A stretch of 64,000 nt of DNA from an uncultured Thermoleophilia bacterium. Lineage in GTDB: Bacteria; Actinomycetota; Thermoleophilia; UBA2241. The stretch spans positions 960,001-1,024,000 of the forward strand of contig CAVPCT010000005.1 in assembly GCA_963702475.1 (NCBI GenBank), written 5' to 3'. Below the pieces are notes generated by a model, which was not told the origin of the DNA, did no database searches, and worked only from the letters and a program-made list of their open reading frames with translations. Of the stretch, positions 31,913-40,264 are shown piece by piece. The translations under genes were made by a program, and so were the position numbers. How positions within the stretch are numbered: position 1 is the first letter of the stretch; each line of letters opens with the position of its first letter.

Positions 31913-32653
31913 ATGAAGACACCGGACGGTGGCAGTGAGCGGCGACAGAAGGTGGGAGGCTGGGCAGCGCTCTACCTCGCGATCGCCTACGTGGCGGCGA
32001 TACCGTACTTCCTCCTCGTCGTGGACTACCCGAGCGTTGTCGACCCCGCCGAGAAGGTCGCGCTGCTCGTGAGCAACATCGACAGCATGCGCGTCATGTA
32101 TCTGATCACCTACGTGATCTTCGGCATCGTGCTTGGCGTTCTGGCGCTGGCGGTCTACCAGCGCCTCAAGGACGGGGCGCCGATCGTGGCCCAGGTGGCC
32201 ACCGTCGTGGGCCTCATCTGGGCGTTCGCGCTTGTCGCGAGCGGGCTGGTCTTCATCGCCGGCATGGAGACGGTCGCAGGACTCACCGGCTCGGACCCGG
32301 CCCAGGCGGTAACGGTCTGGCAGGCGGTGGAGCCCGTGGCCCAGGGACTCGGCGGAGCCGGCGGAGAGCTCCTGGGCGGTCTGTGGGTCCTCCTCGTGAG
32401 CGTCGCGGCACTGCGCACCAGGGCGCTGCCCCGGTCGCTCGGCTGGCTCGGCGTGGCGATCGGCGCGGCGGGACTGCTCTCGGTCGTGCCCGCGCTCAAC
32501 GAGCTGGCCTACGGATTCGGCCTGCTGCAGATCGTGTGGTTCGTGGGGCTGGGCGTCGTCATGCTGCGTGCCACGTCGCGCGTGAGCGAAGCCGACGCGC
32601 CGAGCTCAGTCGCACTCCCCGTCCGCCTCGCGCCACAACGCGACGTCTCGTGA
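31913..32653 (+). CDS. DUF4386 family membrane protein
   Basis: QKVGGWAALYLAIAY, GLGGAGGELLGGLWVLLVS, FGLLQIVWF. Confidence 0.78.
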   Translation: MKTPDGGSERRQKVGGWAALYLAIAYVAAIPYFLLVVDYPSVVDPAEKVALLVSNIDSMRVMYLITYVIFGIVLGVLALAVYQRLKDGAPIVAQVATVVGLIWAFALVASGLVFIAGMETVAGLTGSDPAQAVTVWQAVEPVAQGLGGAGGELLGGLWVLLVSVAALRTRALPRSLGWLGVAIGAAGLLSVVPALNELAYGFGLLQIVWFVGLGVVMLRATSRVSEADAPSSVALPVRLAPQRDVS

Positions 32654-32744
32654 CGGCATGCCCGCGCTGCCCCATCCATCGGGTTCGCCGCAGGATCCTC
32701 AGGGGACACTCCGGTATCCCCGAGAACAGTAGGAGTCGATCGCC

Positions 32745-33212
32745 ATGCCCGCCGTCGAGCACTCCGTCAGCGTCGATGTCACCGTCACCGCAGCATACGA
32801 CCAGTGGACCCGCTTCGAGAGCTACCCCGTGTGGATGGAGGGGGTCGCGTCGATCGAACAGGTCGGCGACGGCCGCCTGCACTGGGTCGCCAAGGTCCGG
32901 CGCGAGTTCGCCTCGTTCGAAGGCGAGACCCGCGAGTGGGATGCTCGGGTCGTCGAGAAGACCCGCGACCGGCGCATCTCGTGGGAGAGCATCGCGGAGG
33001 GGCCCGGTGAGAAGCCCAGCGCCGGAGCAGTGACGTTCGAGCCCATCGGCCGTGCGTCGTGCCGCGTCACCTTCCGCATCGATTGGCAGCCGCAGGAGGC
33101 CGTCGAGACGACGAGCGAGGTGCTCGCCGCCATGGACCGCGTGCTCGCGGCGGACCTCGCCCGCTTCAAGGACTACATGGAGACGCGCGGCGAGCCGAGC
33201 ACCGAGGAGTGA
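32745..33212 (+). CDS. SRPBCC (cyclase/dehydrase) family protein
   Basis: AYDQWTRFESYP.WMEGV, LHW, ISWES, DLARFK. Confidence 0.88.
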   Translation: MPAVEHSVSVDVTVTAAYDQWTRFESYPVWMEGVASIEQVGDGRLHWVAKVRREFASFEGETREWDARVVEKTRDRRISWESIAEGPGEKPSAGAVTFEPIGRASCRVTFRIDWQPQEAVETTSEVLAAMDRVLAADLARFKDYMETRGEPSTEE

Positions 33213-33260
33213 GCTCCCGCAGACGATCGGCCCGGAGGACGACCGCCCGAGCGCCGCGTC

Positions 33261-33300
33261 GCGGCGGGCAGGGGCCGGCGAGCCGGCCCCTGCCCGCCGC
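33261..33300. terminator. Bidirectional hairpin between convergent genes
   Basis: 19-bp perfect stem GCGGCGGGCAGGGGCCGGC/GCCGGCCCCTGCCCGCCGC. Confidence 0.65.
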
Positions 33301-33304
33301 CCGG

Positions 33305-33628
33305 TCAAACCTTCGGGTTCGGCGTCTTGACGACGAGGAAGCGCACGCGCCCGCCGCTGTCGTTGCGGATCGCGTGCACGTGGCCGGCCGCGCTGGGCAC
33401 GAGCGTCCCGGTCCCGACCGTCAGCGTCTCACCGGCGACCTCGATGCTCGGCGCGCCCTCGACCACGTAGAAGAAGACGTCCACGGGCGCCTTGTGCGGC
33501 TTCACCACCTCGCCCGGCTCAAGCGTGATCTGCGAGACCATCACGTGCGGGTTCCAGTACAGGTGCCGCACATCCACGCCGTGTGGGTTGTCGGCCACGG
33601 GAGTCTGGTCGGCGGTGATGGTCAGCAT
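33305..33628 (-). CDS. Cupin domain protein
   Basis: NPHGVDVR..ITLEPGE..HKAPVDVFFYVVEG..H.IRN..FLVVKTP. Confidence 0.88.
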   Translation of the reverse strand: MLTITADQTPVADNPHGVDVRHLYWNPHVMVSQITLEPGEVVKPHKAPVDVFFYVVEGAPSIEVAGETLTVGTGTLVPSAAGHVHAIRNDSGGRVRFLVVKTPNPKV

Positions 33629-33722
33629 GCGGTCTCCGTTCGTGGGAGCGGCCCGCCACGAGGCGGGCCGCTCGAAAGCAGGGTCTGACCCCATGAGTAC
33701 CCCGGCCGGGGCAGCGGAACGC

Positions 33723-33736
33723 TTGACAGTCGTCAA
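33723..33736. promoter_or_regulatory. CRP/FNR-like palindrome upstream of the cupin gene
   Basis: TTGAC-AGTC-GTCAA, resembling TTGAT-N4-ATCAA. Confidence 0.5.
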
Positions 33737-33804
33737 CCCGTCCCAAGCCCGCCGGCTGCCGGACGGCCCGCGCGGCGCGCGGCGGCGACGCGCACGCGCC
33801 GCGC

Positions 33805-34251
33805 TCACGCCCTCTCGATCACCGCCGTCACGTCGAACTCCACGAGGAACTCGGGACGGGCCAGGATCGCCGGCTGCACGTAGGTGCTGGCCGGCGGCTC
33901 CTTCACCAGGCGCGGCGCGTACTGCTGGTAGTACTCCAGCTCCGCCGCGCGCATCTGCTGGTAGTACTCGAGGTCCTTGAGCAGGATCAGCGTCTTCACG
34001 ATGTTCTCCAGGGAGCTGCCCATCTCCTCGAGCACGGCGCGCACCTTGTCGAGGCAGGCGAAGACCTGGTCGTGCACGCCCACCGTGAGGCACGAGCCGT
34101 CCTCGGTGCTCTGCGGCGTCATCCCCGAGAGGAACGCGAGGTTGCCCACCACGATGCCCGCGGCGTACTTCGGCGTGCCGGGGTGCACGTTGGGGTAGGT
34201 CTGCTCGACACCGCCGATCCTGAAGGGGTAGTACTTCACTTCCTCGCTCAC
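33805..34251 (-). CDS. RidA/YjgF/UK114 family protein
   Basis: GNLAFLSG, GSSLENIVK, PPAST, LVEFDVTA. Confidence 0.85.
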   Translation of the reverse strand: MSEEVKYYPFRIGGVEQTYPNVHPGTPKYAAGIVVGNLAFLSGMTPQSTEDGSCLTVGVHDQVFACLDKVRAVLEEMGSSLENIVKTLILLKDLEYYQQMRAAELEYYQQYAPRLVKEPPASTYVQPAILARPEFLVEFDVTAVIERA

Positions 34252-34268
34252 TGCCGTCTCCCGTTCGT

Positions 34269-34754
34269 TCAGCCCGCCGCCGGCGAGCGCTTGCCGCCGA
34301 GCGACTCCAGGTGGATGCGCACCACCGCCGTGCCCTTGACGTCGGCGTCGCCGAACTCCCAGTCGTCGCGCCCCGAGTACCTGCGCATGATGGCCCGCAG
34401 GCCGCGCAGTTTGGCGGCCGGGTCCTCGACGATCTCCGCCGTGCCGTAGCCGATCACCGACTCGTACTCCGTGGTCCAGTCGGCGCAGGCGCGCGGGCCG
34501 GTGCGGAGCCCCAGGGAGCGGTCGACCTCGACGCACACCGTCGGATCGGCGCGCAGGCACTCGAGCTTGCGCCCCGCCTTGGCGGCGTGGAACCACAGGT
34601 CGTCGCCCTCGCGGGCGAAGTTGAGCGGCACCACGTAGGGCCTGCCGCCGTCGAGCATGCCGAGGCGCATGACCGTCGCCTCGTCGAGGATACGGTCCAG
34701 CTCCTCGCGGTCGACGATCTCCTTCTCGGACCTGCGCATGCGCCGGACTGCCAT
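34269..34754 (-). CDS. Pyridoxamine 5'-phosphate oxidase-like flavin-binding protein (NimA family)
   Basis: MRRSEKEI, PYVVPLNF, FHAAKAGRK, YESVIGYG. Confidence 0.88.
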   Translation of the reverse strand: MAVRRMRRSEKEIVDREELDRILDEATVMRLGMLDGGRPYVVPLNFAREGDDLWFHAAKAGRKLECLRADPTVCVEVDRSLGLRTGPRACADWTTEYESVIGYGTAEIVEDPAAKLRGLRAIMRRYSGRDDWEFGDADVKGTAVVRIHLESLGGKRSPAAG

Positions 34755-35030
34755 GGGCGTGCCCTCCCCGCTCGAGTGAAGTGTCTGGTGTTCGCGGCAC
34801 CGCGCCGCGACCGCGACCCATCGTACCGCACCGTGCGGGGCGGCCACGGCGCGCCTCGCCATCGGCGGGCCCAGACCGGCCGAGCGGGACGGCGAGCTCG
34901 TCGAAGCGGTGTGGCCCGACCGGCTTCCCGCGGGCCCGGGCACGTGTACCCGGGCACGCGACCTCCCCTCAAGGGGCAGACGGATGTTCCCCCTTGGGAG
35001 TTCCGCCCTACGTGCCGACTACATTCCACG

Positions 35031-37388
35031 ATGGAAACGCGCGTCATCACCGAAGGAGCGTCCGGGCACGAGGACGAGGTCGCCTCGCGGCCACGGCACG
35101 CCCGGTCCTGGCCGACCTTCGCCTTCCTGACCGGGGGCACGGCCGCGCTGGTCGCCGCGGTCACGGTGGCGTCCGGAGCGTACGAGCCGTACGTCGTGCT
35201 CGCCATCGGCGTGGCGACCTTCCTCGCCCTCGTCGTGTCGGTGCTCGTGCGCCGCCCGTCGCGCGTCTGGCCGTGGGTGTGCATCGCCACAGCCTTCATG
35301 CTCTTCATCGCCGGGGGGGTCGCGCGCAGCTCACTGGACACGCTGGGGGACCTCACGGCGAGCCGCTCGATCCTGCCCGACCTGCTGGTCCTGCCCGGCT
35401 ACGCCCTGTTGTGCGCCGGCTTGCTCGGCTTCTGGCGTCGCGGCGCCACAGGCTCCGTGCGCCGCTCGAGCGTGTTCCTCGACGGCGTCATCGCGGCGCT
35501 GGCGCTCGCGGCGATCGACTGGGTGTTCGTCGTGGAGGGCCTTCTGGCCCAGAACGACGTGCCGCTGTCGGTCAAGCTCGTGCTCATCGCCTATCCGTCG
35601 ATGTCGGTCTTCATGCTCGTGGTCACGCTGCGCATCGCCTTGAACCCCGAACGCACCCCGGTGCCCTCCTTCTGGCTGCTGCTCGTCGGCATGGCGCTCC
35701 TGTTCGCCGGCGACGTCGTCTACACGGTCGCCGATCTCGCCGTCGCGCTGGTGCCGGCGCTCGTGCTCGACCTGCCGTACGCCTTCGCGTACCTGTGCGC
35801 GGGCGCCTGTGCGATCCACCCCTCCATGCGCGCGCTCACCGAGCCCGGGACCGCCCAGCGCATGAAGGAGTCCAGAGCACACATCGCCGTCGTGGCGGTG
35901 GCCCTGCTCATCCCCGCGCTCCTCACCCTTTTCGAGAACGGCGAGGCCGCCGCCGACCGCGTCGTGCTCGGGGTCCTGATGCTCCTCATGACCGCGGCGG
36001 CCGTGGTGCGTATCGTGCAGGCGCTCAACACGGCCGAACGCTCGGAGGCGCGACTCGTGTATCAGGCGCACCACGACAGCCTGACGGGGCTTCCCAACCG
36101 CCGGATGATGGAGGAGCACCTCTCGGTGCTGCTCCGGAATGGGCGCGCCGACCACTCCCAGGTCGCGCTGCTGTACCTCGACCTGGACCGCTTCAAGCTC
36201 ATCAACGACACGCTGGGCCACTCGCAGGGCGACAAGCTGCTGGTGGAGGTGTCCGACCGCCTTCGCTCGCACGTGAGACCATCGGACCTGGTCACCCGCA
36301 TCGGCGGCGACGAGTTCATGATCCTGCTCGACCACGTCGTGAGCGTGTCGCAGGCCGTCGACCTCGCCAACCGCCTGCGCGCCAGCCTCACGGCGCCGTT
36401 CGTCGTGAACGACATGACGTTCTACCTCTCCGCGAGCATCGGCCTGGCGTTCGCCTCCGGAGACCACCCGTACGCCACGGCCGAGGCGCTCGTGCGCGAC
36501 GCCGACACGGCCATGTACCAGGCCAAGGACGCCGGCCGCGACGCCGTGGCCGTGTTCGACCAATCCATGCGCACCCGGGTCGAGGAGCGCGTGGAACTGG
36601 AGCGCGACCTGCACTTCGCCATCTCCATGGACCAGCTCCACCTCGTGTACCAGCCCATCGTGCGCCTGCCACAGGGCACGGTGGTGGGCATGGAGGCCCT
36701 GGTGCGGTGGACGCACCCCACACACGGCGTCATCGCCCCCGTGAAGTTCATCCCCCTCGCCGAGGAGTCCGGACTCATCTCCGACATCGGCGACTGGGCG
36801 CTGGACGAGGCGGTCAGCCAGTTCGCCACCTGGCGACGCCACGACCCAGCGCTGTCGGACCTCTACGTGTCCGTGAACCTCTCGGGCGCCCAGCTGCACG
36901 ACGACCACATGGCGGACCGCGTCGCCGACGTGCTGGCCGTGCACGGGCTCGACGGCTCGCGTCTGTGCCTCGAGCTGACCGAGTCGGTCGTGATGGAGGA
37001 CCCCGAGGCGGCCGCGGCGACGCTGTCCGACCTCCGCGGCCTGGGCGTGCAGGTGGCGATCGATGACTTCGGCTCTGAGTACTCCTCGCTGGCCTACCTC
37101 AAACGCTTCCCCGTCTCCACGCTCAAGATCGACAAGTCGTTCGTGGACAGCCTGGCGCGCGAGGACAGCCCGGACGCCACGCTCATCGCCACGATCGTGG
37201 CCATGGCGCAGGCGCTCGGGATCGCCACTGTGGCCGAGGGCGTGGAGACGCGGCTGCAGGCCGACCAGCTCATCAAGCTGGGGTGCGACTCGGCACAAGG
37301 GTTCCTGTACTCGCGCCCGGTCGGCTCCGACCGTCTCATGGAGGTCGTCACCTCGCTGGGGACCCAGCGGCTGCGGCTCGTGCAGTGA
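35031..37388 (+). CDS. Membrane-bound diguanylate cyclase/phosphodiesterase (multi-TM, GGDEF, EAL)
   Basis: About 9 N-terminal TMs; HDSLTGLPNR, GGDEF, EAL, ELTE, DDFG, KID, EGVE, QG. Confidence 0.95.
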   Translation: METRVITEGASGHEDEVASRPRHARSWPTFAFLTGGTAALVAAVTVASGAYEPYVVLAIGVATFLALVVSVLVRRPSRVWPWVCIATAFMLFIAGGVARSSLDTLGDLTASRSILPDLLVLPGYALLCAGLLGFWRRGATGSVRRSSVFLDGVIAALALAAIDWVFVVEGLLAQNDVPLSVKLVLIAYPSMSVFMLVVTLRIALNPERTPVPSFWLLLVGMALLFAGDVVYTVADLAVALVPALVLDLPYAFAYLCAGACAIHPSMRALTEPGTAQRMKESRAHIAVVAVALLIPALLTLFENGEAAADRVVLGVLMLLMTAAAVVRIVQALNTAERSEARLVYQAHHDSLTGLPNRRMMEEHLSVLLRNGRADHSQVALLYLDLDRFKLINDTLGHSQGDKLLVEVSDRLRSHVRPSDLVTRIGGDEFMILLDHVVSVSQAVDLANRLRASLTAPFVVNDMTFYLSASIGLAFASGDHPYATAEALVRDADTAMYQAKDAGRDAVAVFDQSMRTRVEERVELERDLHFAISMDQLHLVYQPIVRLPQGTVVGMEALVRWTHPTHGVIAPVKFIPLAEESGLISDIGDWALDEAVSQFATWRRHDPALSDLYVSVNLSGAQLHDDHMADRVADVLAVHGLDGSRLCLELTESVVMEDPEAAAATLSDLRGLGVQVAIDDFGSEYSSLAYLKRFPVSTLKIDKSFVDSLAREDSPDATLIATIVAMAQALGIATVAEGVETRLQADQLIKLGCDSAQGFLYSRPVGSDRLMEVVTSLGTQRLRLVQ

Positions 37389-37407
37389 CGGCGGCGGGAG
37401 GGCGACC

Positions 37408-38199
37408 TCAGCCCGCCGCCGCAGAGCCCCTCGCGACGTCGAGGCCGTCCACCGCTCCGAGATCGATCCTGCGCACGGCCGCCTCGAGACCCTCGCCGCG
37501 CACCAGGATCTCGTGCAGCTCGGGAGCCTCGGCCGCCAGGCGCCGCTCGGCCTCGAGCACGTCGCACCACGCCGCGATGGCGGCGTCGGACCCGAGGTAC
37601 CTGACCGGCGCGAGGCCCTCGTACCCCGCGAAGATCAGGCGCAGCTTCCAGCGCACCAGGCGGAACACCGGCAGGTCGAACACAGCCACGAACCACTCCA
37701 CTCCGCAGTGCAGCGCCGCCAGGGTGAGGCACTGGTAGAGGGCCATGCTGACCAGGCCCTTCGCCGCCTTGCCCCGGTAGCCCTCGGCGATCGCCATGGT
37801 CGCGACGTCCCACGTCCTCGCCACGTCGAGGCCCATGCCGGTGCGGGCGATCGCCGCCTCGGGCGGCTCCCCCCACATCCGCTGGATGTCGTTGAGACTC
37901 TTGAGGCCGTGGGGCGACGGCACGATGACGCGCATCATGCCGGCGGGCACGTGCCGCAGCTGGTCGATGACGCAGAAGTAGAAGCTCGAGGCCTCGTACC
38001 GGCGGAACTCGTCCTCCTGCACCTGCGGCGACTCGTCGTACGCCTCCCAGAACACCTGCGTCTCGAGCGTGCGCGCGAGGCCGGCCCCGAGCTCGTCGGG
38101 GCCGAACACGTAGGCCCCGAACGGCTCGCGCGCGCCGGGCGCCGCCACCTCGGCGGCGAGGGCGCGCATCTCGGCATCGGTGTACAGGCGGAGCGTCAC
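37408..38199 (-). CDS. GNAT-fold acyltransferase, LuxI/FeeM (N-acyl amino acid synthase)-like
   Basis: Motif order RTLE.QVF..EDEF..AGMMRVI..WDVATMAI..YRG..GVEWFVAV parallels the LuxI/FeeM layout. Confidence 0.55.
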   Translation of the reverse strand: MTLRLYTDAEMRALAAEVAAPGAREPFGAYVFGPDELGAGLARTLETQVFWEAYDESPQVQEDEFRRYEASSFYFCVIDQLRHVPAGMMRVIVPSPHGLKSLNDIQRMWGEPPEAAIARTGMGLDVARTWDVATMAIAEGYRGKAAKGLVSMALYQCLTLAALHCGVEWFVAVFDLPVFRLVRWKLRLIFAGYEGLAPVRYLGSDAAIAAWCDVLEAERRLAAEAPELHEILVRGEGLEAAVRRIDLGAVDGLDVARGSAAAG

Positions 38200-38365
38200 G
38201 CTCGGGCCTGGTAAAGGCGGGACCAAAGTGGCACGGCCGCCATAGATTCGCCGCCGCCCGCGCGGCCTCCTGCCGGTGTCGCCTTGTCCCGGCGGGCCTC
38301 GTATCGGTCCCGTACTAGTGCGATACGGCACCCACCTCAAGCGCCGGCTGTCGTACCATGCACTC

Positions 38366-39670
38366 ATGAACGCGCAGCCCGTGCCCGCCTTCCACCTCAT
38401 GGCCAAGCCCACCGGGGCACGCTGCAACCTGCGCTGCGACTACTGCTTCTTCCTGGAGAAGGAGGGTCTGTACCCCGGCAGCGACTTCCGCATGAGCGAC
38501 GAGGTCATGGAGGCCTGCATCGGCCAGACGGCCCACGGCCAGAGGGTGCCGCAGGTCACCCTGGCCTGGCAGGGCGGCGAGCCGACGCTCATGGGGCTCG
38601 ACTTCTTCCGGCGGGCAAGGGACGCGGAGGCGCGCCTCGTGCCCGCCGGCATGACCGTCGAGCGCACCTTGCAGACCAACGGCGTCCTCCTCGACGACGA
38701 GTGGGCCGCCTTCCTCGCCGAGAACCACTACCTCGTCGGCCTCAGCCTCGACGGCCCGCGGGAGGTGCACGATGCCTACCGGCACGACGCCGGCGGCCAC
38801 CCGGTCTTCGACCGCGTCCTGGCCGCCGCCCGCCTCCTCCAGAAGCACGGCGTGGAGTTCAACGTGCTGTGCACCGTGAATGCGGCCAACGCCGGCCGGC
38901 CGCTCGAGGTCTACCGCTTCTTCCGCGACGAGCTCGGCGCGCGCTTCATCCAGCTGATCCCCATCGTCGAGGTCGAGGAGCCGCCGTCGTGGGCGGGCGC
39001 CTGGGGCCACGGCGCTCAGTATCCCGCTCCGACCTCCGGCACGGTCAGCGCGCGCAGCGTGCAGCCGCAGGCCTACGGACAGTTCCTCACGGCCGTGTTC
39101 GACGAGTGGGTGCGCCGCGACGTCGGCGAGGTGTTCGTGCAGTTCTTCGACGGCGTGCTTGCCGCCTACGTGCGCGGCTTCTCCAGCCTGTGCGTGCTGC
39201 AGCCGACCTGCGGGGAAGGGGTCGCCCTCGAGCACACCGGCGACCTCTACTCGTGCGACCACTTCGTCGACCCCCGCTATCTGCTGGGCAACATCCTGGA
39301 GGCGCCGGTCGGCGAGCTGGTGCGCTCCGAGCGACAGCTCGCCTTCGGGCGGGCCAAGCAGGAGACGCTGCCCGCCTTCTGCCGCGCCTGCGCCTACCTG
39401 TTCGCCTGCCACGGCGAGTGCCCCAAGAACCGCCTCCTGGTGACGCCCGACGGCGAGCCCGGGCTGAACTGGCTGTGCGCGGGACTGAAGGAGTTCTTCG
39501 CCCACACCGAGCGGCGTATGCGCCTCATGGCCGCGATCCTGGAGCGCGGCGGCGAGGCGCCGGAGGTCATGGAGATCCTCGCCGAAGAGGCGCGCACGAC
39601 CGGCCGCAACGACCCGTGCCCCTGCGGCAGCGGCAAGAAGTACAAGCGCTGCTGCGGCGCGGGGGCCTGA
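38366..39670 (+). CDS. Anaerobic sulfatase maturase (anSME; radical SAM, SPASM, SEC-C)
   Basis: AKPTGARCNLRCDYC, WQGGEPTL, YSCDHF, CHGECPK, GRNDPCPCGSGKKYKRCC. Confidence 0.95.
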   Translation: MNAQPVPAFHLMAKPTGARCNLRCDYCFFLEKEGLYPGSDFRMSDEVMEACIGQTAHGQRVPQVTLAWQGGEPTLMGLDFFRRARDAEARLVPAGMTVERTLQTNGVLLDDEWAAFLAENHYLVGLSLDGPREVHDAYRHDAGGHPVFDRVLAAARLLQKHGVEFNVLCTVNAANAGRPLEVYRFFRDELGARFIQLIPIVEVEEPPSWAGAWGHGAQYPAPTSGTVSARSVQPQAYGQFLTAVFDEWVRRDVGEVFVQFFDGVLAAYVRGFSSLCVLQPTCGEGVALEHTGDLYSCDHFVDPRYLLGNILEAPVGELVRSERQLAFGRAKQETLPAFCRACAYLFACHGECPKNRLLVTPDGEPGLNWLCAGLKEFFAHTERRMRLMAAILERGGEAPEVMEILAEEARTTGRNDPCPCGSGKKYKRCCGAGA

Positions 39671-39831
39671 CGCGACCGTCCGGCGCCGCGACCCCCGCGT
39701 CTTCTCAGGCCCGCACGCGATCCGCCAGGTATGCGGCCGACCTGCGGCCTACGCGAGCGGCACGCAGGCGCCGGGCTCCCCGGCGCGCCCCGCGCGGGTC
39801 CGGAGTGGCGCGGCGCCGCCGTGCTCGGCCC

Positions 39832-39880
39832 GTACGCACCGGGGGCCGGGCTGCGCTGCAGCCCGGCCCCCGGTGCGTAC
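39832..39880. terminator. 23-bp perfect hairpin between convergent genes
   Basis: GTACGCACCGGGGGCCGGGCTGC-GCT-GCAGCCCGGCCCCCGGTGCGTAC. Confidence 0.6.
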
Positions 39881-39917
39881 CCGCAACGGCCCGCCGCAGG
39901 CGGGCCGCACGCGTGTC

Positions 39918-40067
39918 TTACTTGCTCTTGCCGATCTTGAACATCTTCGTGCCGCACTCGGGGCAGACGCCCTGGGTGGCGGGCTTGCCGTTCTTCATCG
40001 TGACGGCCTGTTCATCCTTCATCGTGCGCTTGGTGCGGCACTTGACGCAGTAAGCCTCGGTCGCCAT
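39918..40067 (-). CDS. DUF5679-like small basic zinc-ribbon protein (49 aa)
   Basis: AYCVKCR..MKNGKPATQGVCPECGTKMFKIG; AAGGAG RBS. Confidence 0.85.
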   Translation of the reverse strand: MATEAYCVKCRTKRTMKDEQAVTMKNGKPATQGVCPECGTKMFKIGKSK

Positions 40068-40264
40068 TCCGTCTCCTTTCGGGACCTGGGACAGGTCCCA
40101 TCTTGGCCCCCCAAATGTCCCGGGCAGCATACGCCCTGACATGAGCGCGCGCAACGAGCCTGCGAAGGGGATGTTCAGCTTCAGCCCTCACCCTCAACTG
40201 GAGGTCCAGTGTACGCACGGTCGGCAACCTGTCGCGCGGCGAGTCGGACCGCCCGCGCCGCGCG

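Noticed and set aside
40175-40208. SoxR/MerR-like box (ACCTCCAGTTGAGGGTGAGG on the minus strand)
   Set aside because: Weak symmetry and no MerR-family gene in the window.
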